Source: Trichoplax sp. H2 (lineage: Eukaryota). From it: 64,000 bases of DNA. Position 1 is the stretch's first letter, and each line of letters begins with the position of its first letter. Below the pieces are notes generated by a model. It was not told where the DNA came from, made no database searches, and saw only the letters and a list, made by a program, of their open reading frames with translations. Position numbers and translations under genes: made by a program. Below are positions 54,970 to 64,000 of this stretch, in pieces. The DNA lies in the NCBI GenBank assembly GCA_003344405.1, contig NOWV01000270.1:1-64000 (forward strand), written 5' to 3'.

Positions 54970-56046
54970 ATGGCTGAAGGAGGTGATGCAACAGTAGTGT
55001 TAGTGACAGGTGCGTCGGGTTTCGTTGCTGCCCATGTCTGCTATCAACTCTTACAGAAAGGATATAAGGTTCGAGGGACAGTGCGCGATCCTAGCAATGA
55101 AAAGAAATGTAAACCATTACGAGAATTATGCCCAGATGCAAAATATCCCATCGAATTAGTCCGTGGTGAACTAACCGAGAAGGAATGCTGGATAGAAGCG
55201 GTGAAAGGCTGCCATTTTGTCGTCCATATCGCTTCGCCTCTCCCAGCGGCGCTTCCCAAGGACGAAGATGAAATTATCAAGCCTGCTGTTAATGGTACTC
55301 TCAATGTTTTAGAAGCTTGTGTTCAATCGGGTACAGTCAAACGGGTTGTTTTAACCAGCTCTGTAGCTGCTGTTTCCAATGGTTTCATGTGGGAAACAGG
55401 TCGATTGTATAGTGAAAAAGATTGGACCGATCCAAGTCAAGCTGCACCTTACGAAAAGAGTAAAACATTAGCTGAGAAAGCTGCTTGGGATTTTATAGAG
55501 AAATTACCTAGCGAGCAAAAATTCGAATTAGCCGTGATTAATCCTGTCCTTGTACTTGGACCTGTAATGCAAGGCTCCAATTGTACAAGTATGGAAATAC
55601 CCATGCGTCTGTTAATGCGGCAAATGCCAGCAGTGCCCAAGTTAAATTTCCCCATTATTGATGTACGTGACTTAGCAGCTGGCCACGTTGCTGCCTTAAC
55701 TTCGGATAAAGCCGCTGGCAATCGACATATTATGGTCTCGGAGAATATGTGGTTCGCAGAAATTGCTAAAGTATACACCGAAGAATTTAAATCACAAGGT
55801 TATCGTGTACCGACCTTGGTCTCACCTAACTGGGTCATTCGTTTAATGGCGTTCACCGATCCAACCCTTAAGGCGCTTACTAAATCGCTTTCACGAGTTG
55901 GTGCTTATGATACTACGCAAGCCAAGGAACACTTAGACATGAAAATAAGACCAGCTCGAGAGACAGTCATTGATATGGCTTATAGTTTAATTGAGCGCGG
56001 TTTTGTACCTAAAACTGCGAAATATACCGGACCTAAGAAAGCTTAA
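54970..56046 (+). CDS. NAD(P)-dependent extended SDR, copy B (tandem duplicate)
   Basis: ATG at 54970 aligns with copy A (offset 2176 bp); about 23 of 358 residues differ by manual count. Confidence 0.93.
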   Translation: MAEGGDATVVLVTGASGFVAAHVCYQLLQKGYKVRGTVRDPSNEKKCKPLRELCPDAKYPIELVRGELTEKECWIEAVKGCHFVVHIASPLPAALPKDEDEIIKPAVNGTLNVLEACVQSGTVKRVVLTSSVAAVSNGFMWETGRLYSEKDWTDPSQAAPYEKSKTLAEKAAWDFIEKLPSEQKFELAVINPVLVLGPVMQGSNCTSMEIPMRLLMRQMPAVPKLNFPIIDVRDLAAGHVAALTSDKAAGNRHIMVSENMWFAEIAKVYTEEFKSQGYRVPTLVSPNWVIRLMAFTDPTLKALTKSLSRVGAYDTTQAKEHLDMKIRPARETVIDMAYSLIERGFVPKTAKYTGPKKA

Positions 56047-57509
56047 AAGAGGGAATGCTTTCTTCCTTACTCTCGATCTTTGCAGATACGAGTACAACCA
56101 TCTGTAAACGGAAATGGACCTACAACGATAGCGTAAATCAATCCCATGGATACAACACTAGGATAGTAGACTTGGATCGTACGCACTTGCAAACGATCCA
56201 CCGCCTTTAACTTTCTACTACAACTAAAATTCTAGCGTACTGTAGTTATTAATAATATCAATAACATTACTAAGTAATAGGGTGTCCAAGCGTTGGTCAT
56301 GGAATCTTAACGCTGTCTAACCATTTCCAAGAATTTGACGTCGATTGATAGTTTACGCCCCAAATTTGATACCAAGGATAACTTAATATACTTATATAAA
56401 TAGACTCAATTCTTTCAAGCTTGATTAATTATAATGCAATTATCGAAAAATAGAAATAACATGCTAACTGAGTGAGAATATTATCGATTGAAGACAGTAT
56501 TTTAAATACGTAGATCTTGGTAGATTGAATTTCTCAGGTCTTAAGACTGCTTACTAAATAAAGTGTATGTGAAAGAGTGAATTAGGAGAAGAAAAACTGA
56601 AGCCAACGAAGAGTTGTTAGATAATCCCTTAACTTGAAATGGCTAAAATCCTATTCTAACAGTTTATATTAGTCATTGGATAGACAATTTATGAATAGAC
56701 ATTCAAAAATGCGAATTGACTGCGCGCCTTGTACCGTGCATACTAACATAACTGGATAACTAGCTTTGCTTTTGGTATCTCATTTCCTTGCCTTACTCTC
56801 GCATCATTAAGCATCGATAGCGCAAACCATAGTAGTAAAATAAAACAAATTTGATATTGGAATTTTCTTATATTGGTTTTATTATTCTTTTGTTACGACT
56901 TAGAGCAGAAAACTCTTGATATCGAGTTCGATGTAACTACCACATTGCTTAATCTGTACTCTATATCTGTCATAAGTTATACTTCAACTATTAACATAGA
57001 TTGGCTAATCGTTCTATACTGATTAAACTATGCTAAGATCAATAAAAAAGTGCTCATCACTTTACGTCGTAGACAATGATGCAATTTTTGTTGATCGTTT
57101 GGAAGAAATGGCCAAGCAATGCTGTAGAAAGAGGATGAATGCAAACGATAGATTTTCACTCTAAATCACTATCGATTCTATATATACTATATACATATAT
57201 GTTATAAATATTAATAGGTACGTGAATGATCTACAGTATATTACGAATAGTTGCATCCAAAGTGGATAATTACGCAATCAATCTCACTTTAATTTCATTT
57301 ACTAAAATAATATTTGGGTATAAATGAACATCTATTGATATTTAATGAGGGCGTTTTTATACTTGTACACGATAGACTATTGCTTACTTTCTTTTTAGAG
57401 TATGTAGATCATCATTCTCATTCTTGTCAGCATCTAGGCTATCATTATCAAGACATACATACGAGTATAGGTCTACTTTTAATGTATTATTTGTTGACCA
57501 TGCGATGGT

Positions 57510-58070
57510 TATGTCTAGCTTTACCATAAATACAGTACAATATTTCACTTGACAGATATTTTGGTTTCCTTTAGGTAATGACTTTTAAAAATATTGAAGT
57601 GTAAAATGGGCATACGAATATAGGTATACGTACTTCTAATACATCATTTGATGATTTATAAGAATATTTTTATTCACAGGTATTTTTTTACTCTCTTTCC
57701 TTCATGTAATTAACTCGTACAAACATTGAAATAGATTGACGATCTACGTCTATATTGGTATATCTAAATATACGTATGTACTTTGCATATGCACTATTTA
57801 CTATCCACGTTGTGGTTGTGGCTAGCTTTAAATACAGTAATTGGCTTGAGAGATATTCTGGTCTCTTTCGTTTATTGAACTTTTAAAAATGGTGAAATAG
57901 ATGGAAGATATACATGCAGTGATAGGTATACGTACTTCTAATGCACCATTTATTGACCGTGTTATAATTATGACTAGCTTTCAATACAGTATTTCACTTC
58001 AGAAGTACTCTGATCTTCTTCATTTATTGAACTTCAGCAATATTGAAATTGGTGTATATATACACGAATA
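57510..58070. repeat. Degenerate direct repeat, 3 partial copies
   Basis: ctagcttt..aatacagta...tgaacttt..aaat..tgaa at ~57516, 57822 and 57974; ataggtatacgtacttctaat at ~57620 and ~57922. Confidence 0.65.
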
Positions 58071-58679
58071 TAGAAATATTTCTGCAACAGTGTATTATCT
58101 GGTAACTATGCTCTAGTGATCACTACATTTAAGTCGTAACATCATGCAATTTATTCCACTGCTGAGAGGACATGTGAGTCTTACTTTTTAGCCATTCGTG
58201 CGAACATAGTTCTCTCATTTTGTCGGACTTATTGATGTTAAGCATGACGTTATAAAGTTACAAGAATTAGTTTATGTTGTTGTAGTGCCGTATAAATTTT
58301 AAGGTTCCTTCATTATGAATTAGCTCAGTAATACTCTAGTTATAAGTCCTAAGTACTATAGAAAGTAATTGTAATTCTTGCAAATGGATCAAATATAAAT
58401 GAAGTGAAGCAAGAGAGATCTTGCAATTATATACAACGGCAGTTGGGTACTTGTAACAGCTAGTTTTTAACAAAGTCCCCCCCCCAAAAATTTTGTAATA
58501 GCTTGCGATTGTCAATGGAAGCATTTTGCTTAACTAGAATTGGATAGCAATGTCGCAAAAGTAGATATAATCTATTTATTTGCACCGTAACAAATCCATA
58601 AAAGAATAATTTATCGAATGATATTGTAATGATTAGCGTAAGCTATGCAATCTTTCTTCTATGGCGAATACATTAGGAA

Positions 58680-61600
58680 TCAATTTATATCGTATTGATT
58701 GGGATCTTGTAGTTGATGAATCTTTACAAGATGGCTATTCTTAAAGTTTTTCAAGTTACTAGTCAATAGGATGAAAAAATAGAATGATTTCATTAGACAA
58801 ACTCTCAATACATGTGCAAAACTAATTCAATAATTAAAATATCAACTTGCCTCATATTTTGAGGTGATAGAAATATAAATTGGCGATGGGTTACGTGAGA
58901 AGTGAAATTCAGCAATGTCGACGTCGCTATTTCTCGGTTATACATATCCTAAAGGTAACAAATTGTCCAATTTTAGTAGCCATTTTTCTTTGTCAGTGTT
59001 CTAATCTTCAATTGAAAGGCTATATACTGCAACTCATTCCGAGGTATGAATAACACTAATGATGTAAAATCATAACCACGAGTAGGCCTACTCCACTATC
59101 AAAGTGATTTCTTGACATTGAAGAAAAGAGTAATCAAATTTTACCATGAAAACATCAAATTCGTCCAAGCATATAATTGGAGGGGACATGGATTGAAGAA
59201 GGGATATGATCAAAGCAACAGTGGCCAAAGATCTTTCTCCACCCGAGAGAGATAAATGACTGCAATGGCCACCACGTGCTGCTAAACTCTATATTTTGTG
59301 AGGGTAGAAATGAAAACATTTTATAAGAAAGCCAAAGCTTAATTATGTTGGCTTGATGATTAACTTATCCACTGCTACTTTATTGCAGCTAAGAAACAGA
59401 AATTATCGAAATGATAGCAATACTGTAAGGATTACCTGAATTTGTAAATGAAATTCTTCATTAAAAGGATCAATTCGTAATTTTGCACTTAAGCCACGTC
59501 TTGAAAAAAGACTTCCAATAGTTGTTGTTACTCTTTCCGCTAGTGATTTCTGTATAAATTTACATTTTGCTTCTCGAAGATGAACATGCTGTTGCAAGGT
59601 CTACCAGGCAATGTCCCAAATGAAAGACAATCCATATGTAAGAGAAGATATCGAAATGAATATTCAGTGGATTTAAATTGAATTTTAATAGCCATAAAGC
59701 AAGGCGATATTACTATTAAATATTGTATGAATCTTACTGAGAATACATCAGATAAAATCTGCGAACAAGCTTTCCTTCTATAATAAGTTATTTGCGCTTC
59801 TTTAATAGCTGCAATAATTTCTTCTTTTGTGCCAATTTCCTCCTGTAGTTTTTCAAGGCTTTGCTCCTTACGATAGATTTTGTGATCGAGATCTTCAATC
59901 TTTTGCTCCGTGATAATTCGATCTGCTGCAATTTTACATGCACTAGCAGTACAAGTCTATGATAATTAAAATAAATCAAAAATTGATTTCTCTTTTTCGA
60001 ATAACCTTCATCGAACGATCAAGAAGATACTAACCAAGACTTTTTCTTGTTGATGGTTCATTTTTTGTAGCCAATAATTCTTCTTTTCCTCTAATTCGTC
60101 TATAATTTTATGAAGGTATTTACATTTTTCTAATTTCTCCCGGTATTGTAACGTTTTGTGCTTAATTTCATTCTGTTGGTATTGAAGATGAATTTAAACC
60201 ATTAAAATCTTTAGTAATCTTAATATAACCAAGACCAAGTAATTTTCTAATTTTTTCCCCATATTGTAACGTTTTGCGCTTAATTTCATTCTGTTAGTGT
60301 TCAAAATGAATTTTTAAACTATCAAAATCTCGAATAATCAAGCTGTTTTCTAAACTTTCACAATATTGTAGCGCTTTGCGCTTAATTTTATTCTGTTGGT
60401 GTTCAAAAAGAATCTCTATAATCAATATCTTCAATAATCTTAATATAACCAAGATCAAGCAATTTTCTAATTTTTCACAACATTGTAGCACTTTACATTT
60501 AAATTCATTTTGTTGGAATTTAAAACGAAGTCTGTATCAAGATCATTAATTAATAGAACCATGAGCAATCTATTTTTAAACTTTGACGCATAGTAACATC
60601 TTACATTTAATTTCATTTTGTTGCGATTTAAAACGACATTCTATGTCGATATCTTTAGTACTCTTATTGTAGCCATAATCAATCTATGTTCTAAACTCTC
60701 ATCCTAGAAGAGTGCCGTTATATTTTTATCGCATTTCTATGACAATATCGTCAAATAGTATTCATGCAGCCAAAATCCAGCCAACTTCCAAGTCTATCTA
60801 TAGAAAAGGACAATGCCATATTTGCTCTGATGGATAATTTAGACTAATTTTTTCCGCCTAAGAGGATAGGCTGCATTCTTCTAGTACTTAGTGAGTTATT
60901 GTAAATCATTTAATGTATGCTAACGACATTGTAAAGATTATTATAAAAGTCTTATATGGGTATTCTTCAATAACGAGCAATTTGTTGTCAAATATTATTC
61001 TCTTATCCTTCATAGGATACTATGGCAAAATATCTTTACGAGGATGAATTCTTGCACTAATTCTATCCAGTTATTGTCATAGACAGTTGATAAATGAATT
61101 AATTAATGATGAATTTACGAGTGCATTTTGTACTATTCAAGAGCTCAATTAGAGATATTATTAAATATGAAGACTAATGCTATTCTTAATGAATACTATT
61201 CCATAGTTTTAATTTAATTATGGATATGATTCAGTTATGTGTATTCTTTGCTAGTGTTTTTTTGATATATACAGTATAATACTTTTTCTTGACGTTGTAG
61301 GAATACAAAATATTTGGGAAAGTATTCGGTAGTACCAGCGGTAGGAATTGTTCTATTAAAATAGTATAAAAATAACATCTTTCGCCTCATAACTGCGACG
61401 TAGAATTCTCTTCTAGTTTAAAGCGTATACATTTATAGATAATTAAGTGTATGAGATGCTAGAAATTGAGAGATATAGGTATTACTATTCATGGAATCAT
61501 TTTTTGATATCATGAATTAGCAACTCGAGTTAGCCATTAATTAATGCAGTACAACATTATTTTTCGGTCAGGCTAGAAGCTATAAAGTTCCTGGAAGGAA

Positions 61601-63322
61601 GAAAATCTTTCAATTTTCAAATTGATACTAAGATTAGAATTTTACCTGGTATTCGTATAATTTTTCTCTAACTTGCTGCTCCTCACACTCAATTTCTTTC
61701 TTTTGACTTTCCAATAAATGGACTGTTTTTAAAGCCTCCTGATAATTCTGATATGCCTGCTGCAGCTGCAAGAGTCGGTAAATGAGAAAGAATATTCTCA
61801 CAATTCAAGCTGGAATGGGCTGCGAATTGACTGTTAGCATAAACTAATTAGATGCTCCCTACGAGTTTTTCTTCATCGTTAATTTCTTCTTGGCATGTTT
61901 GCAATTCTTTTTCCTAATACAAATTCATGAGAAACAATAATATGCATACGAGTCGATTCTAATTCAATAATTATCCATCAACTGCATGCATATTCTATCT
62001 TACTAATTCTGAGCTGTCTTCTTGCACAAATTCCGTACTTTTAATGTCTTCTATTTCCTTTTTAGTCGTAGGTTAGTTATGTTATAAAGTTAAATGAAAA
62101 TGGATTTAATGTTCTTATACACAGCTGATTACCATGGAAAAGCTTACATTTTGTAATTCTTGAGTTTTATCTTGACAGGCTAACATAGCATCGCATATTG
62201 AAGCTAATTCTTCCTGTAGTTTTAGAAAAGAAATATCTATCATCATGCAGCAATCTCGTGAAAAAAGTATTGCATTCAGTGTACTATACCTTTTGAACTG
62301 AAATGACATTGGTAGTAAACTGGAATTGAAACTGTGATTTAGTAATAATTTGATTTATTTTCTCGGTTCGTTCCCTGCGTTTGCTATCATTAAACATACC
62401 AGAGAGTTGTTTAAGTTCATCCTTTATACATAATAATTTTGATATCTTATTTATACAAAATAATTCCGATATCGCATTAGGATACCATTAGCACTTGATA
62501 TACATCACTGAGCTAAGAAGATTTTGTAACCTATCTTAAAGTTATATATAAAAATCTTAGAATGATCTGGAATAAAGCTCAGATAGGTGACCATGCAGGT
62601 GAAAATAGGAATACAAACTATCAGGGCATAGCAACATTTACTATCCATCAAGATCGATGCATGGCAATGCAAGATTGTAATCTAAGTGATATTGGCTTTA
62701 CTATTTCCGTTTTGCATATTTATTCCACATAAATGAAGGGTCTAACCAATTACCTATCGCAAGATAAGAGCTAAAATCTAAATCTATCGCTCAACAATCT
62801 AATTTTGGTTTTTTAGAAAATATTGAATCTCTAATATCGGCTATTGTAAACACATGAATAACTTTATATGCTATTGCAAATGACAGATGGTCATTGCAAG
62901 TTTCAGAGTTGAGTATAATTCAATCGTTGTTGATGATATGAAGCAAGAAACAATATTGCTATTAGAAGCAACGATTATGGGATATTAATATTTTCTATTG
63001 GGATGGGGTAGACAAACAGGGTTGGAGCAATTTCGTTTTTGCTTTAGCTTTCCGATTTAGGGTAAACTAAGCTAAGGGTTTGATACATTAAGCAAATAAT
63101 CAAATTCGGTCGGTCTACTGAGCAAGAAAGAGTAGCTTAGCATTTAAAGTTGATCGTAGAATAAAGATCTTGAAACCGCTTGGTTATCCTTTCATGAATT
63201 TTTCTACTTACTTAATTTCTTGCTGGACATCTTCAATTAGATAATCAATGTGGGGGCGAGTATTGGAATAGCATCGATGATTTTTGCCGACTTCAATGCT
63301 ATCCCCAGTAAGTGTATAAGCC
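58680..63322 (-). CDS. SMC6: SMC6-like protein, 3' part (coiled-coil exons plus C-terminal ABC head); 5' part lies beyond the window
   Basis: Exon ~59282-59144 SLSGGERSLATVALIISLLQSMSPPIICLDEFDVFM (signature, Walker B); 58948-58851 DMYNR..RQFIFLSPQ; 58758-58680 ..KIHQLQDPNQYDIN*; coiled-coil exons at ~59437-59600, 59780-59945, 60035-60172, 61646-61770, 61862-61915, 62148-62215 and 63214-63322. Confidence 0.8.
60125..60660. repeat. Five diverged ~102-118-bp units, each a copy of an SMC6 acceptor plus exon start
   Basis: ttttctaa...attgta.cg.tttg.gcttaatttcattctgtt recurs at ~60125, 60243, 60346, 60463 and 60572. Confidence 0.8.
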
Positions 63323-63724
63323 TAAATAGACCCAAAGATACAAATAGTAAATGGGATTTCTTTGATTCAAACAGATTTAATGGTTTTTAGACACAAAGAT
63401 ATGAATAGCAAATGAGAATTTCCTTAATTTAAAGTAATTTTTAAAGGTTTAACTCATAATACCACTTTCTTAATTCATGAAAGTGGACAGAAAAGATAGC
63501 TTAAATTTAGCCTACCGACCTGGAGCTGGTGTGCTTGTTGCTGGCACATAAATGCTCTGGCTTCTTGGCTACTTTCAATCAAGAGAGTTCTTTCGATTTG
63601 TTTCTGTTCGTGAATTAGAATATCAAAATTGAGCTTCGGAATATTAGAACTTCAAAGTGTTGAGTGAATAAAGAAGAAAAATGTTTCCGTCTTTTAAATT
63701 ACAACTAAAATTGAAGTAGTTTAG

Positions 63725-64000
63725 GAAGCTGTTAAAGCTTCCAACTTTTCAAGAAATGCTACCATCCAACCAGCATTCGATGGTATGGCCAAAATTGAAA
63801 TAATTTAGCAAGCTTTTAAAACTTCAATTTTTCAATAAATGCTACCATCTAATGGCGATTCGATGATGCAGCTAAAATTGATATAATTTAGCAAGCTGGC
63901 AAAAGTTGAAGCTTTTTGATAAATGGTAACATCTAACGATGATTCGATGATGCAGCTAAAATTGAAATAATTTAGCAGGCAGGCAAAAGCTTCAACTTTT
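63725..64000. repeat. ~80-bp tandem repeat, at least 3 copies, running off the window edge
   Basis: aaagctt.aacttttcaa.aaatgctaccatc.aa...attcgatg.tg..g..aaaattgaaataatttagcaagc repeated. Confidence 0.85.

Overview
AT-rich, intron-containing animal genomic DNA, not prokaryotic. Short GT-AG introns, kinesin-light-chain-like TPR genes and a TPR/Roc-COR remnant suggest a placozoan such as Trichoplax (inference, not verified). The left part (1-27.3 kb) looks like a fast-turnover region: two TPR genes, a death-domain exon that can splice in frame onto the second TPR gene, a decayed TPR-Roc-COR (ROCO) locus and a carnitine acyltransferase. The right part holds conserved spliced genes assembled by hand from exons: SOD1, SCAF4/8, EED, CMSS1, MYCBP, two tandem extended-SDR reductases and the 3' part of an SMC6-like gene. 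Best observations: SOD1 and SCAF4/8 tail-to-tail as in human, a likely U12 intron in EED, TACAGT/ACTGTA clusters near gene 5' ends, a dimeric ~145-bp array upstream of EED, the candidate TPR-death fusion, and decayed exon-start copies in an SMC6 intron. I found no clearly new biological system. Exon coordinates were read by eye and may be off by a few bases.
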